From: an uncultured Acidobacteriota bacterium
GTDB lineage: Bacteria > Acidobacteriota > Thermoanaerobaculia > Gp7-AA8
Length of the DNA: 64,000 bases
Reading direction: 5' to 3'
NCBI GenBank assembly: GCA_963822445.1
Contig: CAWGHO010000003.1
Span: 736,001-800,000 of the forward strand
Below, piece after piece: positions 42,030 to 50,850 of this stretch; within the stretch, counting starts at the first letter, position 1, and each line of letters begins with the position of its first letter. The notes below the pieces were generated by a model. It had not been told where the DNA came from, ran no database searches, and was given only the letters and a program-made list of their open reading frames with translations. A program made the position numbers and the translations under genes.

Positions 42030-42463
42030 CAGCTGTCCTCGAGGCCCGTGCCGGATTCGTCGTCGACCAGCATCGACGACCGTCCGCTGCTGGCCATGTC
42101 CGAATCGAACGAGCGCGTGTCGTAGCGGTCGTAGTAAGAGTCGTAGTACGTGCCCATGTAGAACGGCGCGTAGCCAGTTCGCGAGTAGTAGTCGTCGCGA
42201 TAGCGGTTCGGCCACGCCGGATCGGTCAGCGGCTCCTGGACATTGCGCGGCGGCGCGGCGTCCTTCTTCTTCTGTCCCGGCGTCGCCAGCACGTCCTTCT
42301 CGACCGCGCGCCCCTCGCAATCGAGGCAGCGGGTGAAACCGCTCTGCGGCGAGAGATGCGGTGAGCACATCGGCCGCGAACAGAGCGCGCACTGCTTGGC
42401 CGCCCGCTCGCCGCAATCGCGAAGGCTGAAAAAACCTCGTCTGGCCCGGCAGGTCTGCATCAC
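42029..42463 (-). CDS. Small B-box-like Zn-binding protein with Tyr/Asp-rich tail
   Basis: C..C...CxxC...CxxH...CxxC, then DDYYSRTGYAPFYMGTYYDSYYDRYD. Confidence 0.75.
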   Translation of the reverse strand: MMQTCRARRGFFSLRDCGERAAKQCALCSRPMCSPHLSPQSGFTRCLDCEGRAVEKDVLATPGQKKKDAAPPRNVQEPLTDPAWPNRYRDDYYSRTGYAPFYMGTYYDSYYDRYDTRSFDSDMASSGRSSMLVDDESGTGLEDS

Positions 42464-43281
42464 GCGCTCCTCGTCAGGGTCACCCGGCGATATCCGTCGG
42501 CGATGATGTCCACGAGCAGATCGAGCGCCGCCGTCTCCTCGCCTGCACTCTTGTGTTTCCGGGCGAGCGTCATCGTGGTGCGCTTCTCATCCCGCTCGAT
42601 GTCCGCCGCGTCCTGCACCGCGTACTCTTTCGTCGGGAAGCCCAGGGTCACGATCGCTACGGTCTTCCGCTTGACCTTCGTCTTCGTCTTGATCTTGCCG
42701 CGCGCATTTCTCTTGTTGCCCGTTTTCTCGAGCATGTGATCGATCACGCGCCATTTCAGCTTCGTGCCGTCGGCAAGAGTCGCGCTGCCGCTGAACCAGG
42801 GATCGACGTAGAGGCGGTCGATGACTTTGTAGTACGCGCCCTTCTTGTACGGCTCGCTCTCTTTTTTCTTCTTCTCGGCGATCGCCCACGGGCGGAGGTC
42901 GATGTCGACGTGCAGCGGATCGCCGGGGTTCATGTCTTCGCGCAGCAGGGTGATGAAGGGAGCGGCGGTCAGGGTCAGGTTGTCGGAAAGATCCTGGGCG
43001 CGGAGACGCATGTAGAAAACGGCGGCGGCGATCGCCGCGACGATGGACAACACGCCGAGGATGAGCATGACCGTTGTGAGGCCTTCGGCGTTGCCGGCGA
43101 TGACGAAGAAAATGATCGCGGCCAGGATGGCCAGCGGAATCGAGCAGCCGGCCTTCTTTCGCTTCGCCGCGGTGTACGCGTCGAAGTGGACCAGGCCGCG
43201 CATCAGCTCGAGGACTTCGTCCACCGGCCGATTGGCGTCAAGCCGTTTCGTTTGCGCGATGCGTAGCTGCTCAGGTGTCAT
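42460..43281 (-). CDS. Two-TM hypothetical protein with basic C-terminal domain
   Basis: ATGA coupling upstream and GTGA coupling downstream. Confidence 0.75.
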   Translation of the reverse strand: MTPEQLRIAQTKRLDANRPVDEVLELMRGLVHFDAYTAAKRKKAGCSIPLAILAAIIFFVIAGNAEGLTTVMLILGVLSIVAAIAAAVFYMRLRAQDLSDNLTLTAAPFITLLREDMNPGDPLHVDIDLRPWAIAEKKKKESEPYKKGAYYKVIDRLYVDPWFSGSATLADGTKLKWRVIDHMLEKTGNKRNARGKIKTKTKVKRKTVAIVTLGFPTKEYAVQDAADIERDEKRTTMTLARKHKSAGEETAALDLLVDIIADGYRRVTLTRSA

Positions 43282-44519
43282 GGAAGCGTTGAATATAGCT
43301 CCTGCAGCCTTTTTGTGGCGTGGGACCAGGTGAGCGAGGCGGCGATTCGCTCGCGTCCGCGGGTGCCAAGGGCCTGGCGAAGGTCGGGATATTCGAAGGC
43401 GATGCGCATCGCGCGCGCGAGCTCCGCCGGACGATCGGGAGCGACGAGCAGGCCTTCCACGCGGTCGGTGACGAGCTCGCGGACGGCGGGGAGATCGCTG
43501 GCGATGACGGCGACGCCCCCGGCCATCGACTCGAGGATCTTCAGCGGCGAGCAGCCCTGGACGACGTTGCGCGCGCAATCGGAAAGCGGCGCAATCGAAG
43601 CAATCGCATGCTGCAACCAAGGCTGCAGCTCCTCGGAGGTCAGTGACGACTGCCAGATCACGCGATCGGCGATCTCCAGCTTCTCCGCGAGGCGGATGTA
43701 TCCCTTCGCGTATCGCGTGTGATGCGGGTAGCAGATGACGAGCTTGACCGGCAGGTCGCGCAGGCGGGCGAACGCGCGAAGGAGCGTCTCGATGCCTTGC
43801 CACTCCTGCAGGGCGCCGAAGTAGATGAAGTACTCCCCGTGTAGTGTGGGCCTCTGGCCTACCTCTTCCGGAACGTCCGCGCCATTCGGAATCACCGTCA
43901 CATTCTTCGCGCCTCTGCTGGTGACCAGATCGCGGATCGTGTTCGCGGGAACGACGATCGCGTCAGCGCGCTCGATCAGAATCTGCTCGAGCCGCTCGAT
44001 TTTTTCGATCGTGCGCGGCGCGACGGATGGGTAGGCGAACGGAAGCTCGATCGAGGGAAGGCCGTTGATCTCGTAGACGATCGTGACGTTTCGCTCGACC
44101 AGCGGCAGGCCGCTCCAGGGATCGCGAACGTGCGCGAACTCGAGGCGCGGCATTTCGTCGAGCAGGGCGTCCAGGCGACGGCCATACGCGAGCGTGCGCT
44201 CGAGGAAGTTGTCGACGTGCGCCGAGAAACGGACCACGTCGACGTCGCCGTCGGACTGCCACGCCGGCAGATCGTCGCCGCCGAGGACGTACAGCACGCC
44301 GCCGCCCGCCCAGTCGAAGAGCGCGCGCGCGAAGCGGGCGATGTGCACGCCCGCCCCTTTGCGCGACGGGAAGCGGTCGAACGCCGCGTAAAGCGCGCGC
44401 CGGTTTTGTAGGGGAGCGGGCGTCCCGCCCGCATCGCGCGGGGCGTCTCGCCCCGCGCTCATTACTGCCGGGCGGGACGCCCGGCAGGAGCGGCCGGGAC
44501 GGTCGCCCCCCTTACCCAT
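43278..44519 (-). CDS. Glycosyltransferase family 4
   Basis: YEINGLPS, IPNGAD, WQG, PLKILESMA; the N-terminus reads through a palindromic repeat at about 44405-44510. Confidence 0.9.
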   Translation of the reverse strand: MGKGGDRPGRSCRASRPAVMSAGRDAPRDAGGTPAPLQNRRALYAAFDRFPSRKGAGVHIARFARALFDWAGGGVLYVLGGDDLPAWQSDGDVDVVRFSAHVDNFLERTLAYGRRLDALLDEMPRLEFAHVRDPWSGLPLVERNVTIVYEINGLPSIELPFAYPSVAPRTIEKIERLEQILIERADAIVVPANTIRDLVTSRGAKNVTVIPNGADVPEEVGQRPTLHGEYFIYFGALQEWQGIETLLRAFARLRDLPVKLVICYPHHTRYAKGYIRLAEKLEIADRVIWQSSLTSEELQPWLQHAIASIAPLSDCARNVVQGCSPLKILESMAGGVAVIASDLPAVRELVTDRVEGLLVAPDRPAELARAMRIAFEYPDLRQALGTRGRERIAASLTWSHATKRLQELYSTLP

Positions 44520-46830
44520 CCGCGTCGATCCACGCCGGCAGGCCGTGCTTCTCCATCAGCGCGGCAAATCGCGGATCCTCGCGCAGCGGATCGAACCGGT
44601 TGTCGATCGGCACGAACCACATCCAGGCGTTGTGCTCCGCGAGCGCGCCCGTCAACGCCTCGAAGGCCTCATCCAGTTGCCGCAAGCCGGTGTGCGCCAG
44701 CGCAAAGCAATACGGCGAGATGTAGCGCTGCTTCGACAATCCGCGCAGCCGCTCCACGATCTCCTGCGCCTCCTCTTTGCGTCCGGCGAAGCTCAGCACA
44801 TGCGCGAGTCCGCCGAGGTAGAGACCGGCCGGGCCGGCGATGTCGATGGCCTGCTGCATCTGCGCGATCGCCTCGTCGTAATCGCCGCGCGCCTCGAGAC
44901 TCATCCCCAGGTAGTAATGACCTGGCGCGAGTGTCGGATCGGTCTCGAGAACGGCGCGATACGTGGCAATGGCCTCGTCATATCGGCCGGCGACGTGATG
45001 CGGAATCCCCGCTCCGACGTTGATGATTGGCGACAGCGGGTCGAGCGTCTTCGACAGATCGATCAGCTCCATCCCCCGGCGGGTCATGCCCCGCCCGCAC
45101 ATCAACACGCCCAGCCAGTGCGGCGCCCACGGATAGTTCGGATTGAGCTGCATCGCCTCTTCGAGCTCGCGCTGCGCGGTCTCCCAGTCCCACTCGAAGA
45201 GTCCCGCCGCGTAACCAAGCGTCGCGTGCGGATCGGCGAGCGTCGCGTCGAGCTCCACCGCGCGGCGCGCCGCGGCTTTCACCTTCGGAAGAATGTCGCG
45301 CGGCGGCAAGGCCTGCACGAAGCCGAGCATCACGAACGTGTCCGCGAGGCCGACATACGGCATGGGGAACCCTGGATCGAGCTCCACCGCATTCTGGAAG
45401 CACGCAATGGCCTGCTTCAGCGCCTCGGGCGTCCGCTTGATCCACTGATAGCGCCCTTTCAGATAGAGTTGCTGCGCTTCCGGATCGATGGCCCGTTTCT
45501 TCTTGACCGCGCGCCGCGTCCCCGATGCCCCGCGAACGCGAATGTGCTCGATGACGTCGTCGGCGATGCCCTCGCACAGCACCGCGATCTCGCGGATCGG
45601 CCGCGAATACTGCGCGCCCCACAGCCGTGTGCCGTCGATGCTGGAGACGAGACTGACGTCGGCGTGCAGCATGTCTCCCTCGATCCGCGCCTTCACGCCA
45701 ATCACGGCGGCGACGTTCAGCTCGCGGCCGACCTGTTGCGCGTCGATCTCCTTCCCGCTGTACCGCGCCGCCGCGGAACCGGGTGCGACCACGCGCAGTT
45801 TGCGCACGTGCGAGAGCGCGTTGGCGATGCCTTCGCTCAATCCGTAAACGAGGTACTCGAGCGCGGGATCGAGCGTGCCGGTGACGAAGGGGAGGACCGA
45901 CAGCGAATCGAAACGAGCCTTCGCCGGCGCCGCGGCCGCGGCGGTCATCACCTCGGTCTTCTCGACGCCGGCGACCTTCTGCCGTTTGCTGCGCGGCCGC
46001 GCGCGGCCCTTCACCGCTTCTAACGCTTCGAGCAGCAGACGGCTCGTCGCGAAGCGGCGGGCCGGATCTTTCGCGAGGGCTTGGCGGATGATCGGCGCGA
46101 GCGGCGTCATTCCCTCATCGGACAATGGGGGAGGCTCCTCGAAGAGAATCGCGGTGATGGTCGCGACCGTGCTGTCGCGATCGAAGGGACGGCGGCCGGT
46201 GGCCATCTCGTACAGCACGACGCCGAGGCTGAAGATGTCGGTGCGCGCGTCGAGGGGCGCCGCGCGGAGTTGCTCGGGCGACATGTACGGCGCCGTGCCC
46301 GTGACGATCCCCGCCTCGGACTTCAGGATCTCGGTGTGACCTTCGGTCGCGTCGGAGAACTTGGCCAGGCCGAAGTCCAGGACTTTCACGCCGCCGCGCG
46401 GCGTGAGCATGATGTTCATCGGCTTGATGTCGCGATGAATCACGCCGTGGCTGTGCGCCTCATCGAGCGCCGCCGCGATCCCCGTCCCGATCTCCAGCAC
46501 CTCGGTGAGCGTCAGCCGCGAGTCCTGCAGGCGATCGAAAAGCGTTTCCCCTTCGACGTACTGCATGACGATGTACGGCCGCGCGTCGAGATCGCCGACC
46601 TCGTAGATCGTGCAGACGTTGGGATGATCGAGCGCGGCCACGGCGCGCGCCTCGCGGAGCATCCGCCGCTTCGCATCGGCATCGCGGCCGACGCTTTCCG
46701 GAAGGATCTTGACCGCGACGCGGCGGCCGAGGCGAATGTCATCGGCGAGATAGACCTCGCCCATCCCGCCCGCTCCGATGAGCGAGACGATGCGGTAATG
46801 ATCGGCAATGATGGGGAAGGCGTCCGTCAC
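44512..46830 (-). CDS. Ser/Thr kinase + TolB-N-like + TPR (no TM seen)
   Basis: GAGGMGEV, HRDIKP, DFGLA, YMSPE; TPRs. Confidence 0.95.
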   Translation of the reverse strand: MTDAFPIIADHYRIVSLIGAGGMGEVYLADDIRLGRRVAVKILPESVGRDADAKRRMLREARAVAALDHPNVCTIYEVGDLDARPYIVMQYVEGETLFDRLQDSRLTLTEVLEIGTGIAAALDEAHSHGVIHRDIKPMNIMLTPRGGVKVLDFGLAKFSDATEGHTEILKSEAGIVTGTAPYMSPEQLRAAPLDARTDIFSLGVVLYEMATGRRPFDRDSTVATITAILFEEPPPLSDEGMTPLAPIIRQALAKDPARRFATSRLLLEALEAVKGRARPRSKRQKVAGVEKTEVMTAAAAAPAKARFDSLSVLPFVTGTLDPALEYLVYGLSEGIANALSHVRKLRVVAPGSAAARYSGKEIDAQQVGRELNVAAVIGVKARIEGDMLHADVSLVSSIDGTRLWGAQYSRPIREIAVLCEGIADDVIEHIRVRGASGTRRAVKKKRAIDPEAQQLYLKGRYQWIKRTPEALKQAIACFQNAVELDPGFPMPYVGLADTFVMLGFVQALPPRDILPKVKAAARRAVELDATLADPHATLGYAAGLFEWDWETAQRELEEAMQLNPNYPWAPHWLGVLMCGRGMTRRGMELIDLSKTLDPLSPIINVGAGIPHHVAGRYDEAIATYRAVLETDPTLAPGHYYLGMSLEARGDYDEAIAQMQQAIDIAGPAGLYLGGLAHVLSFAGRKEEAQEIVERLRGLSKQRYISPYCFALAHTGLRQLDEAFEALTGALAEHNAWMWFVPIDNRFDPLREDPRFAALMEKHGLPAWIDADG

Positions 46831-46842
46831 GCGGTGCCAATA

Positions 46843-46876
46843 TTAGTCGTTAGTCGCTAGTGATTAGTCGTTAGTA
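46843..46876. repeat. Heptamer tandem (TTAGTCG)n
   Basis: TTAGTCG TTAGTCG CTAGTGA TTAGTCG TTAGTAG. Confidence 0.7.
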
Positions 46877-47532
46877 GCCGCGGCCACGATGTCTGCGTTC
46901 TCCAGCACCGGTTTCGGCCATCCCTTACGAGCGACGACCAGCATCGCCCGTCCCACCTCGGCCGTCGTGGTCACGTACTTTGGCGCGAGCTTCCGGACGA
47001 GAGGAACGAGCGGCGCGAGCACTTTGTAGAAAACGCGATACAGCGTCGTTCGCGAGGTGATCCCGTCGAGCGGCTGAATGAACGCGGGCCGGAACGCGTA
47101 CGCATTCCTGAACAGCGCGCGGACTTCATTCTCCGCGCGGCCTTTCACGCGAGCCCACATCGTCCTGCTCGTGCCGGTGCTGTCCGTGCCCGCGCCGGAA
47201 ACGAAGATGAAGGTCATGTCGGGATTCAGCCGCGCCAGTGGCCGCGCGGCGGCGAGCGTGTAGTCGACGGTGACGCGCGCGTAATCCGCTTCGCTCATGC
47301 CGGCGGAGGTGACGCCGAGGCAGAAGAAGCAGGCGTCGTAGCCGGCGAGTTGCGATTCCACCGAGGAGAAATCGGTGAAGTCGCTGTGCACGAGGTCCGT
47401 CACTTTCGGATGCGTTTGTCCCGACGGCCTGCGCCCGACGACGAGCACGCGTTCGACACCGGGATCGCGCAGACATTCGAGCAGCACGCCCTGACCGACC
47501 ATGCCCGTGCCGCCGAAGAGGATCACCTTCAT
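46864..47532 (-). CDS. NAD(P)-binding epimerase (CC3/TIP30-like)
   Basis: GGTGMVG, FFCLG, WARVKG. Confidence 0.88.
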   Translation of the reverse strand: MKVILFGGTGMVGQGVLLECLRDPGVERVLVVGRRPSGQTHPKVTDLVHSDFTDFSSVESQLAGYDACFFCLGVTSAGMSEADYARVTVDYTLAAARPLARLNPDMTFIFVSGAGTDSTGTSRTMWARVKGRAENEVRALFRNAYAFRPAFIQPLDGITSRTTLYRVFYKVLAPLVPLVRKLAPKYVTTTAEVGRAMLVVARKGWPKPVLENADIVAAATND

Positions 47533-48626
47533 GGCGTGCTCGCGTAGCGCTCGGTCTCGATCGACCAGACCGGCGCGCCGCTGCCGGAGATCGTGCGCTT
47601 CCAGGTGATCGAGTACTCGCCGGGCACCGTCCTCGTGCCCCAGCGTCGGACCCAAGTGCCCCGTTCCGTCGCGCGATCGCCGTCGATCTGGAGTTGATCG
47701 ATCGTGCGCACGTACGACTTGCCGAAAGCCTTGTTGCGCGCGTCGCGTGCTTCCCGCAACACGACTTCATCGTTCGGAACGGAAACGACGGCGATGCGAT
47801 CTTCGGAAGGGGATAGGGCGATGCGGGTGATGCCCTGCAGATCGCGCTCGCTGAAGCGGTGCGCGACCGGCCAGTCGTCGGGCTTTGCCGGATTCCATTC
47901 ATGAATCGCGTTGCCGGAGGCCATGAGCAGTGTGCCGCGCGAAGTCCAGACGTGATGACCGCCGGTTTTGAAGGGAATGGTGGCCAGCACGCTTCCGCGA
48001 TCTCCGTCGAGATCCATACGCATCAGTTTCTTGACGTCGCCTTCCTGCACGACGAAGGTGACCGCGCGCTGACCGGGGATGCGGTACGGCGCGGTGACCG
48101 CGTTCGGGACGATTCGATTCAGCGCTTTCCCATCCCAGATGGCGATGTGGCGCTGCTCTTCGTTCATGAAGAGGATCCAGCGCTCGTCATCCATACGCGT
48201 GAAGTAGCCCGCGGTCTTGACGTCCGGCAACAGCGCTCGCGAGTTGGCGCCGTCGAGGTCGTACTGCCAGACCGTGCCCTCGCGCAGGGTCATGATGCTC
48301 TTGCCGTCTGGCGTGGGCGTCGGACTGAAGCCGCGCACCCTGGTCAGCTTCGTCGTTTTGCCGGTGCCGAGGTCGTAGCGGATGGCCTGAATGCCCAGTC
48401 CCGTTTCGGCGACGCTGTCCGCTTCGCTGCTGAAGACCAGCGATTTTCCATCCGCGAAGAAGGATGGCTGGTTGTCGTAACCGGGATGGTTGGAGATGTT
48501 CCTCGGCGCGCCGACCATGAACGCGCCCTCGCGCATGTTCAGCGGCGCGACCCAGACCTCGGTGGTCAAGACCTGCGCGGTACAAGGCAACGCCACGAGG
48601 AGAATCGCTGGCAAAATCTTTCGCAT
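47529..48626 (-). CDS. Secreted TolB-like propeller protein with short NTF2-like tail
   Basis: Signal peptide, GYDNQPSF, SPTPTPDG. Confidence 0.7.
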   Translation of the reverse strand: MRKILPAILLVALPCTAQVLTTEVWVAPLNMREGAFMVGAPRNISNHPGYDNQPSFFADGKSLVFSSEADSVAETGLGIQAIRYDLGTGKTTKLTRVRGFSPTPTPDGKSIMTLREGTVWQYDLDGANSRALLPDVKTAGYFTRMDDERWILFMNEEQRHIAIWDGKALNRIVPNAVTAPYRIPGQRAVTFVVQEGDVKKLMRMDLDGDRGSVLATIPFKTGGHHVWTSRGTLLMASGNAIHEWNPAKPDDWPVAHRFSERDLQGITRIALSPSEDRIAVVSVPNDEVVLREARDARNKAFGKSYVRTIDQLQIDGDRATERGTWVRRWGTRTVPGEYSITWKRTISGSGAPVWSIETERYASTP

Positions 48627-48639
48627 GTGCCGAATCTTA

Positions 48640-48745
48640 GTGGAGGGCGGGCGCCCCGCCCGCCCCGCACCGGGCGCCCCGCCCGGTGCTCCCCACGATC
48701 GGGCGAGGCGCCCGATCGGTTGCGGGCGAGGCGCCCGCCCTCCAC
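48640..48745. repeat. REP-like palindrome (GTGGAGGGCGGGCGCC family)
   Basis: GTGGAGGGCGGGCGCC...GGCGCCCGCCCTCCAC between divergent genes. Confidence 0.8.
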
Positions 48746-48758
48746 AATCCGCGGCGTC

Positions 48759-49142
48759 ATGAGTCACGATCTCGAACAGACCACCGCCCTCCTCGCCAGG
48801 ACCCCCGCCGCCCTCGACGCCCTCCTGCGCGGTCTGCCCGACGCGTGGACGCTCAGCAACGAAGGCGAGGGCACGTGGACGCCGTTCGATATCGTCGGTC
48901 ATCTGATTCACGGCGAGCGGACGGACTGGATGCCGCGCACGCGCCTCATCCTGCAATCCGGCGACGCGCAACCATTCGAACCGTTCGACCGCCTCGGGCA
49001 TGTGGCCGAGAGCCGGAACCTCTCGCTCGAAGAGCTGCTCGATACGTTCGCGCGCCTTCGCGCCGACAACCTCAGCGAGCTCCGCTCCCTGAACCTGCAG
49101 CCCTCCGACCTCGAGCGCCCTGACACAGCTCCAGATGTTTAG
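48759..49142 (+). pseudogene. DinB-family protein, 3'-truncated
   Basis: WTPFDIVGHLIHGE is present; the C-terminal H..H helix is missing and the ORF ends at a REP. Confidence 0.75.
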
Positions 49143-49144
49143 CT

Positions 49145-49231
49145 TGGAGTGCGGCGGCTCTGCCGCCGCTTTCCCATGCGGCGGAGCCGCTCCGCGGCCG
49201 GTGAAAGCGGCAGCAGAGCTGCCGCACTCCA
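49145..49231. repeat. REP-like pair, family A
   Basis: TGGAGTGCGGCGGCTCTGCCGCCGCTTT...AAAGCGGCAGCAGAGCTGCCGCACTCCA. Confidence 0.88.
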
Positions 49232-49660
49232 TTACTTTCGCAACGCGCCCCCGGCGAAAACGGCAATCACCAAGAGGAGGGGATTCACAGCCGCGAACCA
49301 CAGCGGCTCACGGGCTTCGAACATCGCTTCCATGGTCGGCAGATCGACCGTCCGACTCGCGACGGCCTTCTCTTCCCTGAGCAGCCCGACGAAAACGATC
49401 ACACCGATCAGCACGACCAGTCCGGCCATGACCTTCACCGCACCGCTCTTCCCGATGACCGCGGCGACATAGCCGCCGATCACCGCCGAAATCAAACCGA
49501 TGACCAGTGCGCCAATGATCCACAGCATCGACGGCTCGTAGTTGCCCGGAAGAAATAAGCGATCGGGCCCCAATGCCACCGAGAATCCGGTGAACAAAAG
49601 GAACACGCAGAAAAAGTAGACGACGTAGCCGGCGACAGCGGCCAGAACGTTCCGAATCAT
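49232..49660 (-). CDS. Four-TM hypothetical protein
   Basis: Hydrophobic 142-aa ORF. Confidence 0.7.
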   Translation of the reverse strand: MIRNVLAAVAGYVVYFFCVFLLFTGFSVALGPDRLFLPGNYEPSMLWIIGALVIGLISAVIGGYVAAVIGKSGAVKVMAGLVVLIGVIVFVGLLREEKAVASRTVDLPTMEAMFEAREPLWFAAVNPLLLVIAVFAGGALRK

Positions 49661-49671
49661 GATGGTTCGTT

Positions 49672-50733
49672 TCACATACCACGATTCCGCCACGGATATT
49701 CGATCTGAACGGCCACGAAGGCCGCCGTCGGCTCGCCGTAACGCGCCTCGATGCCGGCCAGCGCGCGGTCGAGCGTTTGCGCCGGCGGCACTCCGGCGGG
49801 GAGCGTCATCATCGACACGACTTCATCGTCGTCCCGATCGGGAAGCAGCGTCAGTCCACGGCGAGTCCGGATCGCGTCGGTCGAACCGGCGACCGAGTAG
49901 GCCCACGACCTCCGCGTCCGCGAATACAGATCAGCTGTGAGAGCGAGCGAGATCTCGTCCACTCCGGCCTCGACGCGAATGCCCAGCGCCTCGTGACGCC
50001 AGATCAGCATCTTGTTCGCGAGGCCGGTGGCCAGTTTCCCGCGCAGTGAAAACCGGCTGCTGTCGTGGACGGGAGTCCATGAGCTCACGCCGAGCGTTTT
50101 TGCAACGGCTTCCGCTCGCTCGCGGCCGGCGATCGCCTCCACGAGAGCGATGGAGATGGGGATCGACGCGGAGACGCCGCTCGTGGTGATGACGTTGCCA
50201 TCCGCCACGTAGCGCCGGTTCCGAACCCAGCGCGTGCCGGGATGTCGGCGCTCGAGACCGTCGATCGTTCTCCAGTGTCCTGTTGCGCGCCGGCCTTCGA
50301 GCAGTCCGGCGTTCGCGAGAACGGGCACGCCGTCGCAGATCCCCACGATCGTCGCCCCGCGCCGGGCCTGCGAGCGGACCCAATCGAGAATGGCTTCGTT
50401 CTCCGCACCTTCGTAGATGTTCGGAACGATCACGTAGTCCGCGCCGAGCGGCACTCGCGCATCGAATTCACGGATCGTGGCGTGGACGCGAAAGCGCAAC
50501 GCCGGCCGCATCCGGATCGGACCCGGCTCCGTCGACAGCGCGAGGACTTCCGCGACGCCCGACTCCGCGAGGATTCCGTACGGCACGACGTAGTCCGTCG
50601 TCTCCGTCGCCGCGTTGTCGCCGAGCACCACGATCACAGGACGCGACCGGCCGAAGCGCGGCTGGTATTGCGGAATCGCCGACGCGTCCGTGGAGAGCAT
50701 GATGGAGAAGAGAGCTGCTGAAAGAATGGTCAT
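49672..50733 (-). CDS. DJ-1/PfpI family protein
   Basis: GICDG nucleophile, LLEGRRATGHW, DGNVITTSGVSA. Confidence 0.88.
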   Translation of the reverse strand: MTILSAALFSIMLSTDASAIPQYQPRFGRSRPVIVVLGDNAATETTDYVVPYGILAESGVAEVLALSTEPGPIRMRPALRFRVHATIREFDARVPLGADYVIVPNIYEGAENEAILDWVRSQARRGATIVGICDGVPVLANAGLLEGRRATGHWRTIDGLERRHPGTRWVRNRRYVADGNVITTSGVSASIPISIALVEAIAGRERAEAVAKTLGVSSWTPVHDSSRFSLRGKLATGLANKMLIWRHEALGIRVEAGVDEISLALTADLYSRTRRSWAYSVAGSTDAIRTRRGLTLLPDRDDDEVVSMMTLPAGVPPAQTLDRALAGIEARYGEPTAAFVAVQIEYPWRNRGM

Positions 50734-50746
50734 GGCGTTCCTCAAA

Positions 50747-50850
50747 AGGTTTCGGGGTTTCGGGGTTTCGGGGTTGCGGGGTGGCTGCTGGGTTACTGGG
50801 TTGCTTTGCTGAACCTCGTAACCCCGCAACCTCGTAACCCCGCAACCCCC
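50747..50850. repeat. Inverted 8-mer tandem repeats
   Basis: (GGGGTTTC)n ... (GTAACCCC/GCAACCTC)n. Confidence 0.8.
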
